Notes: generated by a model not told the origin, from the letters alone. Shown: positions 41,682 to 52,011, numbered from the stretch's first letter. The stretch: DNA of 64,000 nucleotides from Thermococcus sp. JdFR-02 (GCA_002009975.1 MTLP01000042.1:273917-337916); one strand, 5' to 3'. Numbers and translations: made by a program.

Positions 41682-41885
41682 TCAAGCCTTAATAGCGAGC
41701 TTAATATCCTCGGCTTTGACTGTCTTTCTTCCAGCGTGCTTTGCAAGCTCAACAGCCTTCTTAGCAATCTCAACAGCCTTCTCCTCGAGGTGCTCGGCTA
41801 ATACTTTTGCTGCCTCTTCGCTAACTCTTGCAGCACCTGCCTTTCTAATCAATCTATCAACTGGGGCAATTGGTAACTCAGCCAT
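41682..41885 (-). CDS. hpkB: Archaeal histone B
   Basis: [34 protein letters not shown]. Confidence 0.95.
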   Translation of the reverse strand: MAELPIAPVDRLIRKAGAARVSEEAAKVLAEHLEEKAVEIAKKAVELAKHAGRKTVKAEDIKLAIKA

Positions 41886-41946
41886 TTCCCCAACCTCCTA
41901 AAATTTTTTTTGTTAATATCTGCATTTTAATTTTTGAACAAAGGCA

Positions 41947-41962
41947 TATATAAACTTTTCGG
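41947..41962 (-). promoter_or_regulatory. Strong BRE/TATA promoter of the histone gene
   Basis: CCGAAAAG-TTTATATA on the minus strand. Confidence 0.75.
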
Positions 41963-42301
41963 AAAATAACCCCACTCAGGCAAAGATTTGATGATCTCCC
42001 TTATATTTGTTGAGAGTTCTCGAAAAATAATGCTAACAGGATTAAGATAGACATTTTTAGGCATTTTCACCTATATTGCTACTGGTCAAGTTGATCTTCC
42101 TAATCAAAATAGTACTTTGTTGTGTGCTTGTTTTTTGTTACATTATGTTACAATCGTATAATGATACCAAAGAATTTCCCTTCCAGTAACACTATGCAAA
42201 TAAACAGTAACATGTCGATATTTGTCGAATGACGTAACGTTTATATACAAAAATCACGCAAATATACAAACGTCAAATGCTCCAAGGAGGTGCACAATAC
42301 C

Positions 42302-42394
42302 ATGGCAGGGGCAAACTTTGTTTTGTTTGTACTTCCAACTTTGATAGTGTTAACATCAGTTTTGATATACTACTTTACAGGAAAGAAAAGATAG
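42302..42394 (+). CDS. 30-aa single-TM protein upstream of the sodium:solute symporter
   Basis: AGGAGGTG RBS; MAGANFVLFVLPTLIVLTSVLIYYFTGKKR. Confidence 0.7.
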   Translation: MAGANFVLFVLPTLIVLTSVLIYYFTGKKR

Positions 42395-42423
42395 ATAAAA
42401 ACAATAAGTTGGGGGTAGAATAA

Positions 42424-43899
42424 ATGGGTGCGTATGAAATGTTAAAAAACCCTGTAGCTTTAGTTGCATTTTTGTTTACATTGTTGTTGCCAATTTTTGT
42501 TGGGTTTTTGGTAATGAAGCGCACAAAGACTGAAGAGGACTTCTTCGTTGGCGGTAGAGCAATGGACAAAATAGTCGTTGCACTTTCAGCAGTTTCTTCA
42601 GGTAGATCTTCATGGCTTGTTTTAGCACTAAGTGGTATGGCTTACGCAAAAGGTGTAAGTGCAGTATGGGCAGCTGTAGGTTATATAGTTGCAGAAATGT
42701 TCCAATTCGTTTACATGGGAATGCGTTTGAGAAGATTTTCAGAGAAATACGATTGTATTACCGTTCCAGATTACTTTGAGGCAAGGTTTAGAGATGAGTC
42801 AAAAATACTTAGAATACTTGCATCTATAATTATAGCATTGTTCTTAACCGCCTACGTTGGAGCTCAATTCAATGCAGGTGCTAAGTCTCTAAGCACTGCT
42901 CTCGGATTGTCACCATTTACTGCACTGCTAATATCAGCACTGTTGATATTAATTTACATGGTTCTCGGTGGATTCATTGCAGTTGCCTATAATGACGTGA
43001 TTAGGGCTGTAATAATGATAGTTGGTTTGGTTATCCTCCCAGTTGTGGCAATAGCTAAGGTGGGTGGATCTGGCGCAATGTTATCTATTCTCCAACAATT
43101 AAATCCAAAATATGTCGATCCATTCTCACTTGGTATGGGAGGCTTAATAGGATTCCTTGGAATTGGATTTGGTTCACCAGGACAACCACACATCATAGTC
43201 AGATACATGGCTATTGACAATCCAGATAAATTGAGAGCATCCACAGTTATCGGAACATTCTGGAACGTAGTTTTAGCATGGGGTGCAATTTTCACAGGTT
43301 TAGTAGGTAGAGCCTTGTATCCAGACGTCTCAATGCTTCCAAATAAAAGCGCTGAAATGATTTATTTGGTTCTATCTTCAGACTTCTTCGGACCACTGCT
43401 CTATGGAATTTTAGTTGGTGGTGTTTTTGCAGCAATTCTATCAACAGCAGATTCTCAATTGTTAGTAGTCGCATCAACTATAGTTAGAGACTTCTATCAA
43501 GAGGTCATAGAAAAAGGCAGGAAATTAGATGAAGACAGAGTACTGTTCCTTAGTAGAGTAGTTGTTATTGCTGCGGGTATTCTAGCAATGTTGCTAGCAT
43601 ATTTTGCAAAGGACATTATATTCTGGTTAGTCCTCTTTGCATGGGGTGGACTTGGAGCTGCAATTGGTCCAACACTAATATTATCACTCTACTGGAAGAG
43701 AACAACAAAATGGGGAATTGTTGCTGGATTTATAGTAGGAACCTTCACAACCATAATCTGGAAGCTCTACCTAAAAGCAACAACAGGAATTTACGAATTA
43801 GTTCCAGCGTTCCTGTTCTCACTCTTAGCAACAATAGTGGTCAGTTTAATGACCAAGCCTCCAGAAAATGTTGATGAGTTAATGAGCGCCATGGAATGA
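42424..43899 (+). CDS. putP: Sodium/proline symporter (SSS family)
   Basis: DFFVGGR, ITVPDYFEARF, GQPHIIVRYMA, AAILSTADSQLL and YELVPAF motifs. Confidence 0.88.
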   Translation: MGAYEMLKNPVALVAFLFTLLLPIFVGFLVMKRTKTEEDFFVGGRAMDKIVVALSAVSSGRSSWLVLALSGMAYAKGVSAVWAAVGYIVAEMFQFVYMGMRLRRFSEKYDCITVPDYFEARFRDESKILRILASIIIALFLTAYVGAQFNAGAKSLSTALGLSPFTALLISALLILIYMVLGGFIAVAYNDVIRAVIMIVGLVILPVVAIAKVGGSGAMLSILQQLNPKYVDPFSLGMGGLIGFLGIGFGSPGQPHIIVRYMAIDNPDKLRASTVIGTFWNVVLAWGAIFTGLVGRALYPDVSMLPNKSAEMIYLVLSSDFFGPLLYGILVGGVFAAILSTADSQLLVVASTIVRDFYQEVIEKGRKLDEDRVLFLSRVVVIAAGILAMLLAYFAKDIIFWLVLFAWGGLGAAIGPTLILSLYWKRTTKWGIVAGFIVGTFTTIIWKLYLKATTGIYELVPAFLFSLLATIVVSLMTKPPENVDELMSAME

Positions 43900-44034
43900 A
43901 ACCTTTTTCCTCTTCTTTTACCTTTTAATGGGCATTTCTGGGTAATAAAAAATTCAACAGCTTATGAATTGTCCAGAAACACTTAAAAACGTTCAGTAAT
44001 GAAATATTTTTTAAAGCATTAGGAGGGTATAGAA

Positions 44035-45366
44035 ATGCCTGAAAAGTTTGAGATATACGACAGATATATAGATAAGAGCTATACACCCAACTTAGAGAAA
44101 GATGTAATAGCAATTTTTAGAATCAAGCCTGCAGAAGGATTTACAATTGAAGCTGCTGCTGGTGGGGTTGCTGCTGAGAGTAGTACTGGAACATGGACAA
44201 GCCTCACTCCCTGGCATGACATAGAGAGAGTTAGAAAGTTATCTGCTAAAGCTTACTACTTCCATGATATGGGCGACGGTTCTTGGATTGTGAAAATAGC
44301 TTATCCAGTTGATCTTTTTGAGGAAGGCAACTTACCCGGACTTCTTGCTTCAATTGCTGGAAATGTCTTTGGAATGAAGAGAGTTGCTGGGCTTCGCCTA
44401 GAGGATATATACTTCCCAAAGAAGTTTCTTAAGAACTTCAAAGGTCCAAGTAAAGGAAGAGAGGGTGTTAAAAAGATTTTTGGCATAAAAGACAGACCTA
44501 TAGTTGGAACAGTTCCCAAGCCCAAGGTTGGATATTCACCGAAAGAAGTTGAAAAACTCGCCTACGAACTGCTCAGCGGCGGAATGGACTACATCAAGGA
44601 TGACGAAAATCTCACAAGCCCCGATTACTGCACCTTTGAGAAGAGGGCTGAGAAGATAATGAAGGTCATTGAGAAGGTCGAAAACGAGACTGGAGAAAAA
44701 AAGGTATGGTTTGCCAACATCACAGCTGATGTGAGAGAGATGGAAAAGCGCCTAAAGCTCGTCGCAGATTATGGAAACCCCTATGTGATGGTCGATGTAG
44801 TTGTTACTGGATGGGGAGCTTTAGAGTACATTAGGGATTTAGCTGAAGATCATGGTCTAGCTATACATGCCCATAGGGCAATGCATGCCGCCTTTACAAG
44901 GGACCCCTACCATGGTATATCGATGTATGTTCTTGCGAAGCTTTATAGAATAATTGGTGTTGATCAGCTTCACGTTGGAACAGCTGGTGTCGGTAAACTT
45001 GAAGGTGGAAAGTGGGAAGTTATACAGTTTGCAAGGGTATTCCGTGAGGAGCACTATGTTCCAGAGGAAAACGATGTTTTCCATCTTGAACAGAAATTCC
45101 ACCATATAAAGCCGGGAATACCCGTCAGTTCGGGTGGACTGCATCCAGGCAATCTTCCGGGAGTTATAGATGCCCTCGGAACTGACATAGTTCTCCAGAT
45201 TGGAGGAGGAACCCTTGGTCATCCAGACGGACCAAGGGCTGGAGCGATAGCCGTTAGACAAGCTCTTGATGCTATTATAAGAGGCATTCCTCTCGATGAG
45301 TATGCAAAGACCCATAAAGAGCTTGCAAGGGCTCTTGAAAAATGGGGATTCGTGACACCAATTTGA
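44035..45366 (+). CDS. rbcL: Form III ribulose-1,5-bisphosphate carboxylase
   Basis: AAESSTGTW, KPKVG, DYIKDDEN, HRAMH, GKLEG and SGG motifs. Confidence 0.97.
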   Translation: MPEKFEIYDRYIDKSYTPNLEKDVIAIFRIKPAEGFTIEAAAGGVAAESSTGTWTSLTPWHDIERVRKLSAKAYYFHDMGDGSWIVKIAYPVDLFEEGNLPGLLASIAGNVFGMKRVAGLRLEDIYFPKKFLKNFKGPSKGREGVKKIFGIKDRPIVGTVPKPKVGYSPKEVEKLAYELLSGGMDYIKDDENLTSPDYCTFEKRAEKIMKVIEKVENETGEKKVWFANITADVREMEKRLKLVADYGNPYVMVDVVVTGWGALEYIRDLAEDHGLAIHAHRAMHAAFTRDPYHGISMYVLAKLYRIIGVDQLHVGTAGVGKLEGGKWEVIQFARVFREEHYVPEENDVFHLEQKFHHIKPGIPVSSGGLHPGNLPGVIDALGTDIVLQIGGGTLGHPDGPRAGAIAVRQALDAIIRGIPLDEYAKTHKELARALEKWGFVTPI

Positions 45367-45518
45367 TTCGTTTTTTCTTTCTCCTTTCTAAATGTTTAGA
45401 GGCGTTATAAAAGGAACACATAACTTTCCAACATTCTCCACCACAATTTGCCTTTCTGTCAAGTTTTCGAAGGCAAGAAGTTTTAACCACCTCAAACATT
45501 TTGATATTGGTGAGTATC

Positions 45519-46097
45519 ATGCATCCAGAGGGTTTCTTAGAAGTCATTACTGGTCCCATGTTTGCTGGAAAAACAACCGAACTCATAAAGAGAATTGAGC
45601 GCCAAATTTTTGCAAAAAGGAAAGCGGCTTTGTTTAAGCCTTCAATTGACAATAGATACAGCCAGAGTGAAGTGGTCGCACATAATGGGTTAAGATACGA
45701 AGCTTTTGTAATCCCGACTACTGATGAAGGAGTAAACAGGATTTATGAGATAACTATGAAAGAAGGTTTTGAGGTTATAGGCGTTGATGAGGTTCAATTC
45801 TTCCCGCCTTCGATTGTTGAAATGCTCAATAAATTAGCCGATGAAGGAATATATGTTATTGCTGCTGGGCTTAATTTGGATTTTAAGGGAGATCCTTTCG
45901 AAGTTACTAAAGAGCTTTTAGTCAAAGCAGACAACATAGTTTATCTAACCGCAATATGCACTGTTTGTGGAGCTCCAGCAACAAGAAGTCAAAGATTGAT
46001 AGATGGGAAGCCAGCTCCAAGAGATTCACCTATTATATTAGTTGGAGGACTGGAGAGCTATGAGGCTCGGTGCAGAAAACACCATGTAGTTCCATGA
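45519..46097 (+). CDS. tdk: Thymidine kinase
   Basis: GPMFAGKTTE, DEVQFF and CTVC..YEARCRKHH motifs. Confidence 0.93.
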   Translation: MHPEGFLEVITGPMFAGKTTELIKRIERQIFAKRKAALFKPSIDNRYSQSEVVAHNGLRYEAFVIPTTDEGVNRIYEITMKEGFEVIGVDEVQFFPPSIVEMLNKLADEGIYVIAAGLNLDFKGDPFEVTKELLVKADNIVYLTAICTVCGAPATRSQRLIDGKPAPRDSPIILVGGLESYEARCRKHHVVP

Positions 46098-46146
46098 CCC
46101 TTTTTACACAATTTTTATTCAAATGTTTGGACCATAACTCCCAAAA

Positions 46147-46191
46147 CCGAAAGACTTAAGTTTTAAACTTTTCTAACATTAAGTTAGAGAA
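46147..46191 (+). promoter_or_regulatory. phr promoter with palindromic Phr operator
   Basis: CCGAAA-GACTTAAG BRE/TATA followed by the TCTAAC-ATTAA-GTTAGA palindrome at 46172-46188. Confidence 0.7.
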
Positions 46192-46216
46192 GTTCTTCCA
46201 TATTAGGGGTGAGAAG

Positions 46217-46834
46217 ATGGGCTCAAATAGAGAGCTGGGCAGATTATTAGATGTGTTGGGTAATGAAACTAGACGTAGAATACTTATCCTGCTCACTAAA
46301 AGACCTTATTTTGTTAGTGAACTTTCTCAAGAGCTTGGAGTGGGGCAAAAAGCCGTCTTGGAACATTTAAGAATTTTAGAAGAAGCGGGATTAATTGAAG
46401 GTAGAATTGAAAGAATTCCAAGGGGAAGACCAAGAAAATACTACACAATAAAGCGAGGCTTTAGATTGGAGGTGTTATTAACTCCCTATATCTTCGGGAC
46501 TGAAATGTATGAACCAAAGGTTCTAAGAAAGACCGAGGAGTATGAATATGCTAAAGCATTGATAAAAGCACAAGGACCAGTAGAAGAGAAACTTAGAGAG
46601 CTTTCAGAATTTTTAAATGAAATAGAGAAGAAAATTGAGGAGTATATAAGAGTTAAGCAAGAGCTTGAGGAAGTTAGACTTATCACAGAAGCTTATATGG
46701 AAAATTTAATGCGCCGCTTAGCACAAGAGAATGAGGAGGAATTTAACAGAGTTTTGAGAGAAATAGAAAAAATGTTACCTCCAGAGTTTGCAGAGGAATT
46801 AAAAAGGATTAGGAAAGAGCTTTATCAAATTTAG
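46217..46834 (+). CDS. phr: Heat-shock transcriptional repressor Phr (ArsR-like)
   Basis: [44 protein letters not shown] plus a coiled-coil C-terminus. Confidence 0.9.
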   Translation: MGSNRELGRLLDVLGNETRRRILILLTKRPYFVSELSQELGVGQKAVLEHLRILEEAGLIEGRIERIPRGRPRKYYTIKRGFRLEVLLTPYIFGTEMYEPKVLRKTEEYEYAKALIKAQGPVEEKLRELSEFLNEIEKKIEEYIRVKQELEEVRLITEAYMENLMRRLAQENEEEFNRVLREIEKMLPPEFAEELKRIRKELYQI

Positions 46835-47034
46835 AGGATCTTTCCCTCTTGCTTCATTTTAACAAGCTTTGTAACATAACCAGCTACTCTATTCCTTATT
46901 GTCTTGCTTGTTATTGTAGTAAGCTCCTGAATCTTCTTCTTGTTGTGCTCAAAGTCTGTTGTGAATTCGTTTGGATATCTATCAACAAGCTCTCTTGCAA
47001 CTCTCTTAATGAAACCTTGCCTAATGTTTCCCAT
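46831..47034 (-). CDS. rps17e: 30S ribosomal protein S17e
   Basis: [26 protein letters not shown]. Confidence 0.95.
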   Translation of the reverse strand: MGNIRQGFIKRVARELVDRYPNEFTTDFEHNKKKIQELTTITSKTIRNRVAGYVTKLVKMKQEGKIL

Positions 47035-47193
47035 TCTACACCCCTCCTTTTTTCTTCCACCATAATCTTGAAAGTAGTTTTTAAAGCCTTCGCCATAATT
47101 CAATCAAACACATCCATTTTAAAGTTTTTCCATTGGAGGACTGAGCAAACAACACTGAGAAAAGATTATAAAATAGGGATGATAGCTCCAATT

Positions 47194-47613
47194 ATGTTCA
47201 AAGAAAGGATAATCTGCCATGGACATGAAAATGTAAAAGCAACTCATAGGTCAACATTGGAAATTACAAAAGAGGAGTTCTTGACACCAAGAGGAGACTG
47301 TATACTCTGCATAAAAGCAAATAAAGGATTAAAAGATCTAAGTGAAGACTTTAAAAAAGCCCTCAAAGAAGGAAAAAAGCTCAGAATCAGACTAATTGTT
47401 GGTGAATTAATCGACGAGATTATAGCTTTTGGAAATGAGAATTTGAATTTTGAGAATCCGATTTCAATGGTGATTCGAAAAAGTGACTACATAGATGGTA
47501 GAACATTAGCTATAAAGGCTAATAAAGCGGCAAAAGACATTAAGAGAGAAATCGTGGAAAAATTAAAAAATCCCAAGCAAAAGGTTATCGTTGAGCTAAT
47601 AATTGAAGAATAG
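47194..47613 (+). CDS. DUF371 family protein
   Basis: GHENVKATHRSTLEIT..LTPRGDCI..IRKSDY..RTL; 3' part of the 46849 ORF. Confidence 0.88.
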   Translation: MFKERIICHGHENVKATHRSTLEITKEEFLTPRGDCILCIKANKGLKDLSEDFKKALKEGKKLRIRLIVGELIDEIIAFGNENLNFENPISMVIRKSDYIDGRTLAIKANKAAKDIKREIVEKLKNPKQKVIVELIIEE

Positions 47614-48582
47614 CTCTCTTTTCACAATCTTATGCCTCAACCAGAGCAGAAAAATCAGCACTGCTAATCCAACCAAGGTCATTCCACTTGTGTTGTCTGG
47701 TCTTGATTTGTCCAATTCCTGTAGAGGAGCTAAAATTATAAAAAATAGCAGAATTCCAAAGCAAAAAGCCCAGCTGTGTTTGTCTTTCCAATTGAGAGAG
47801 TATCGTAGGATAAGTACGACTACTATTCCTATGGAGAGAGAAGTTGTTAAAATGTTAAGTATGGGAGAAAGAAAATTCGGAAGTCCAAATAAGCCAAAGA
47901 AGAATATAGACATCAAGAGAAAACCTAAAACTACCAGCTTTTTCTCACTTGCTTCTCTTTTACCAAAATGAATTAGAATTTTAGGAGGTAACTGTTTGGC
48001 TTTCTTAACAATCAGTATTGTCAGAACTAAAAAGAACAGATAAGGAATTAGAGGAGGACTATAAGGGTTCAAAGCCAGAAATATAAACGCGCCATTAAAC
48101 ACAAACGCTAAAAATAAGAGTTTTACTCCCTTATCAGTTAACCAAGGCTTGCCTCTCTTCTCAGGATATAAAAGCTCAACTAAAGCAATAGGAACTGCAA
48201 TGCTAACGACCATATGATAAAATGTCAAGTATATTGCCCAAATTAAATTAATCCCAAATATTCTGCCATAGTTAGCTAAAGGTTCCAAATCCATCCAGTT
48301 TGGATCAAAGAAGCTCTTTACAAATAACCCTTCCTCTGCAATTCCATAAGCTGCACCCAGCAATAAAATAGCAGTAAAATCTTTTCTCCATCTAACCTTT
48401 GCCTCTCTAATTAAAACCGCACCTCCACCATAGAGAATTGAAAGCACTAAAACAGAAAAAGGATTAAAGAACTCTACTGGAGGAGCTGAACCTGAAAGTA
48501 GCTCTCCTATTATGGGGGATAAGAAAAATAACACCAAAGCTGGATTGCCTATAATCCTCATGGTAAGATATTTCCACTTCAA
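47596..48582 (-). CDS. Multi-pass membrane protein
   Basis: About 9 TM segments; GELLSGS and YGIAEEGL. Confidence 0.75.
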   Translation of the reverse strand: MKWKYLTMRIIGNPALVLFFLSPIIGELLSGSAPPVEFFNPFSVLVLSILYGGGAVLIREAKVRWRKDFTAILLLGAAYGIAEEGLFVKSFFDPNWMDLEPLANYGRIFGINLIWAIYLTFYHMVVSIAVPIALVELLYPEKRGKPWLTDKGVKLLFLAFVFNGAFIFLALNPYSPPLIPYLFFLVLTILIVKKAKQLPPKILIHFGKREASEKKLVVLGFLLMSIFFFGLFGLPNFLSPILNILTTSLSIGIVVVLILRYSLNWKDKHSWAFCFGILLFFIILAPLQELDKSRPDNTSGMTLVGLAVLIFLLWLRHKIVKRELFFNY

Positions 48583-48652
48583 AGGTTATATACTAATCGA
48601 CAAATTCTTAAAAGTTAAATACTTTTTCTCATTCCTTTCTTTGGGGGTGACT

Positions 48653-49999
48653 ATGTTCAACAAAGAAGAGATTCTAAGCTTTGGAGATGCTAAAGCTAAA
48701 GAGATTGCACTAAAGCTGTTAGAGAAGGCAATTGATGACTCAGACCCATATAATGCTGTAAAAAAGTCACTAAAGCTTAAGGGAGATAGGATCATCATTA
48801 AAGGGGAAGAGTTCAATATAGAGGGCAATATTTATGTCCTAGCTTTTGGAAAAGCCGCTTGCTCCATGGCAAAAGCCGTGGAAGAAATCTTAGATGAGAG
48901 AATAAAAGAAGGCATTGCAGTGACAAAGTACAGCTATTCCTTACCTCTTAGAAAAATACGAGTTATTGAAGCTGGACATCCAATACCAGACGAAAATTCT
49001 CAAAAAGGGGCACAATTGGGAGTTGAGCTGGCTAAAAAAGTTAAAGAAGAAGACATTCTTTTAGTTCTAATATCAGGTGGAGGTTCCGCTCTTTTTATGC
49101 TCCCAGAAGATGGAATAAGCTTGGAAGATAAAATCAAGGTCAATGAACTACTTCTAAAGAGTGGAGCAAAAATTCACGAGATAAACACCGTTAGGAAACA
49201 CATTTCAAAAGTTAAAGGCGGAAAGCTGGCAAAACTTGTTAAAGGAACATTAATAAGCTTAATCTTATCCGATGTTGTTGGAGATAATCTAGAGGCAATA
49301 GCATCTGGACCAACCGTAAGAGACCCCACAACTTTTCAAGATGCTTACAGAATCTTAAAAGTCTATAATATCTGGGATAAGCTACCTGAAAGTGTTAAAA
49401 AGCATATAGAACTTGGCTTACAAGGAAAAGTCCAAGAGACCTTAAAAGAAGATTTACCCAATATTCATAATTTTATAATTGGAAGTGTTGAGGTTGCTTG
49501 CGAAAGTGCAAAGAAAAAAGCTGAAAAGTTGGGATTAAAAGCCCATATCCTAACAACAACACTTGAAGGAGAGGCAAAAGATGTTGCTTTAGCTTTTGGC
49601 TCAATCATAGATGAGATCTATCACAAAAACAGACCATTTGAGAAGCCTTGTGTTTTAATAGCTGGTGGTGAAACAACAGTTACAATTTTAGGGAAAGCTG
49701 GTTTAGGTGGTCCAAATCAAGAATTCGCTTTGAGTACAGCAAGAAAAATTAAAGGCTTAAGAGGAGTCGCTGTTCTGGCGGCAGATAGTGATGGAACTGA
49801 TGGACCAACTGACGCAGCTGGAGGATTGGTTGACAGCTTTACAGCAGAACTTTTAGAAAAAGAAGGAATAAGCATTGAAGAATATTTAGCTAATCATAAC
49901 TCATATGAAGCCCTAAAAAGAGCAAAAGCACTTCTAATAAGTGGACCAACAAGGACGAATGTTAATTCACTTTATATTCTCGTTATTGGAGTGGAATGA
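48653..49999 (+). CDS. gck: Glycerate 2-kinase (MOFRL family)
   Basis: GKAA, GHPIPD, SGGGSAL, SDVVGD, GGETTV, DGTDG and TRTNVN motifs. Confidence 0.92.
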   Translation: MFNKEEILSFGDAKAKEIALKLLEKAIDDSDPYNAVKKSLKLKGDRIIIKGEEFNIEGNIYVLAFGKAACSMAKAVEEILDERIKEGIAVTKYSYSLPLRKIRVIEAGHPIPDENSQKGAQLGVELAKKVKEEDILLVLISGGGSALFMLPEDGISLEDKIKVNELLLKSGAKIHEINTVRKHISKVKGGKLAKLVKGTLISLILSDVVGDNLEAIASGPTVRDPTTFQDAYRILKVYNIWDKLPESVKKHIELGLQGKVQETLKEDLPNIHNFIIGSVEVACESAKKKAEKLGLKAHILTTTLEGEAKDVALAFGSIIDEIYHKNRPFEKPCVLIAGGETTVTILGKAGLGGPNQEFALSTARKIKGLRGVAVLAADSDGTDGPTDAAGGLVDSFTAELLEKEGISIEEYLANHNSYEALKRAKALLISGPTRTNVNSLYILVIGVE

Positions 50000-50783
50000 A
50001 CTCCCACCCTTTTCTATGTATTTCAATGCCCTCTGCATTAATGTTCAGTCTTTTTATCTCTTCTTTAAGCTCTTTAATGAACTTCCAAAACGATTCATCT
50101 CTAACTAAAGTTTTATAGCTCTCTGGATAGTTTTCCATCAAACTTCTTTGAAATTCTCTTCCACTTGCCCTAAGATTTAAGACTTCAAAAAAGTAATAGT
50201 CAACAAAACCTCTGGTTTCCTTTACGATAGCTCCAATATCCGTAACTTGAGGGATTATTGGACTGATAAATGCGTAAGTTTTTATCCCCTCATCATGGAG
50301 CACTTTTAAAGCACTTATCCTTGCTCTCTGAATTGGCGTTAGAGGTTCAAAAAGCTTTTTTTCTTTTCCTTCAAAGGTGTTAACGGTTAAACCAACTTCA
50401 ATATTCTTAAAAAGCCTAAGAATATCAATATCCCTCGTTACCAAGGGAGATTTTGTTAAAATGCTCAGGTTAATCCTTTTGCTCATATTTTGCAAAACCC
50501 TTCTTGTTAAATTTAGCTTTGCCTCAATTGGTTGATAAGCATCACTTATACTTGACATTGCAATTTCTCCACTAACGTATTTTCTCGCAAGCTCTGGAGC
50601 ATTTTCTTTAACCTCAATCCAAGTTCCCCATTTCCCATAATCTTTCCATTTGCAGATAAATTTAGCATAGCAGTATTTACAAGCAAACTGACACCCAACG
50701 TACTGATTTATAACGTAATCCACACCAGGAATTCTGCTTTTTGTGAAAATACTTTTGGCTTTAATCTTTATGATCCTAATCAT
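49983..50783 (-). CDS. Radical SAM protein (SPL-like family)
   Basis: NQYVGCQFACKYCYA, SDAYQPIE and LTKS motifs. Confidence 0.85.
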   Translation of the reverse strand: MIRIIKIKAKSIFTKSRIPGVDYVINQYVGCQFACKYCYAKFICKWKDYGKWGTWIEVKENAPELARKYVSGEIAMSSISDAYQPIEAKLNLTRRVLQNMSKRINLSILTKSPLVTRDIDILRLFKNIEVGLTVNTFEGKEKKLFEPLTPIQRARISALKVLHDEGIKTYAFISPIIPQVTDIGAIVKETRGFVDYYFFEVLNLRASGREFQRSLMENYPESYKTLVRDESFWKFIKELKEEIKRLNINAEGIEIHRKGWEFIPLQ

Positions 50784-50832
50784 AACCTATCAATTTAAAT
50801 AATGGAGATACACTTATATTAATTTGATTGCC

Positions 50833-51588
50833 ATGTTCAACAGTAAAATCTATTCCAAGGGGCGCTTTTGGGAAGTTGATTTTGCTAGGGGAATTGGTAT
50901 AATAATGATGGTTATATCAAATTTTGTTACCGATTTACAGTATTTCCTTAACTATTCTCAGCATCAGCTTTTTTGGAAACTCTTTGCATACACAACAGCT
51001 TCTATTTTTGTGTTCATATCTGGCTTATCCTTCTGGATAAGCTACTCACGAAGTATAAAAAAGAATTCAAAGCCATACAAAAAGTATTTTATAAGGTTTG
51101 GAAAGCTCTTTGGACTGGGGATTTTAATAACCCTTACAACATACCTACTTCTCGAGAGCGGGACAATATATTTTGGAATCCTGCACTTTCTTGGAACTGC
51201 AAGTATTTTAGCAATCCCCTTCTATCGTTTTGGCAAATTGAACTTTTTCTTGGCTCTCTTCTTCATCTTAGGAAGCTTTATCGTTTCAAACGTAACTCTC
51301 AATACTTATCTATTGCTTCCCTTTGGCATAATGCCAGAGAACTTCTTCACCCTCGACTATTTTCCAATATTTCCTTGGTTCGGAGTTTATCTCTTAGGCT
51401 TAACCTTTGGATCGATTGCGTATCCTCAGGGGATAAGAAAAATGAATATTTCATTCCCCAAGATACTTCCAGTGGAATTTATATGCTGGGCTGGAAGGAA
51501 CACGTTAAAAATCTACATCATACATCAGCCCGTATTAGTTGGACTTTTACTTTTAATCTATGGTGGTTTACCAAACTTAGTCTTTTAA
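50833..51588 (+). CDS. DUF1624 / HGSNAT-like membrane acyltransferase
   Basis: RFWEVDFARG, FGILH, DYFPIFPW and GRNTLKIYIIHQP motifs. Confidence 0.85.
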   Translation: MFNSKIYSKGRFWEVDFARGIGIIMMVISNFVTDLQYFLNYSQHQLFWKLFAYTTASIFVFISGLSFWISYSRSIKKNSKPYKKYFIRFGKLFGLGILITLTTYLLLESGTIYFGILHFLGTASILAIPFYRFGKLNFFLALFFILGSFIVSNVTLNTYLLLPFGIMPENFFTLDYFPIFPWFGVYLLGLTFGSIAYPQGIRKMNISFPKILPVEFICWAGRNTLKIYIIHQPVLVGLLLLIYGGLPNLVF

Positions 51589-51609
51589 TCTCATGAACAC
51601 TAAGTTAGA

Positions 51610-52011
51610 GTGATGAGAATGAAACTAAAATCTCTCCTAAAAATTTTCAAAATCTTAACAATTTCCATAGATGAAATAATAGTCGGGATATTTCTCTTGA
51701 TTATCTTGCCCTCTGCTGGTATTAAAGTTCCTTTAAAACTTACAGCATTTATTATTGGGTTTTTAGTTATAAAAGATCTTGTAATTGCACCTTTCTTGTG
51801 GAGAGTTCTTGAGAAGAAAGCTGAAGTAGGACCAGAAGCATTAATTGGAAGAGAAGCAATTGTAGTTGAAGAGCTCAATCCAGAGGGATTAGTTAAAATT
51901 GAAAAGGAATATTGGAGAGCTATAAGCCTTAATGGAGTTATAAAGGAGGGAGAAAAAGTTAAAATTACCGGACTTAACGGATTGAAAGTTCTCGTGGAAC
52001 GCCTAAAGTAG
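51610..52011 (+). CDS. NfeD family protein
   Basis: TM N-terminus plus OB-fold LIGREAIV..GLVKIEKEYWRA. Confidence 0.88.
   Translation: MMRMKLKSLLKIFKILTISIDEIIVGIFLLIILPSAGIKVPLKLTAFIIGFLVIKDLVIAPFLWRVLEKKAEVGPEALIGREAIVVEELNPEGLVKIEKEYWRAISLNGVIKEGEKVKITGLNGLKVLVERLK

Noticed and set aside
41927-42064. 45-aa minus-strand ORF (MPKNVYLNPV...) with a GGTGA upstream
   Set aside because: Runs through the histone BRE/TATA promoter and has no recognisable features; likely chance
47135-47160. Two CTGA motifs
   Set aside because: No box C; spacing inconsistent with a C/D sRNA
46849-47193. N-terminal extension of the 254-aa ORF
   Set aside because: Antisense to rps17e; only the DUF371 part is credible
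50973-51596. 207-aa alternative-frame ORF, and the many 60-150 aa antisense ORFs in the track
   Set aside because: Shadow frames of well-supported genes, lacking RBSs and motifs
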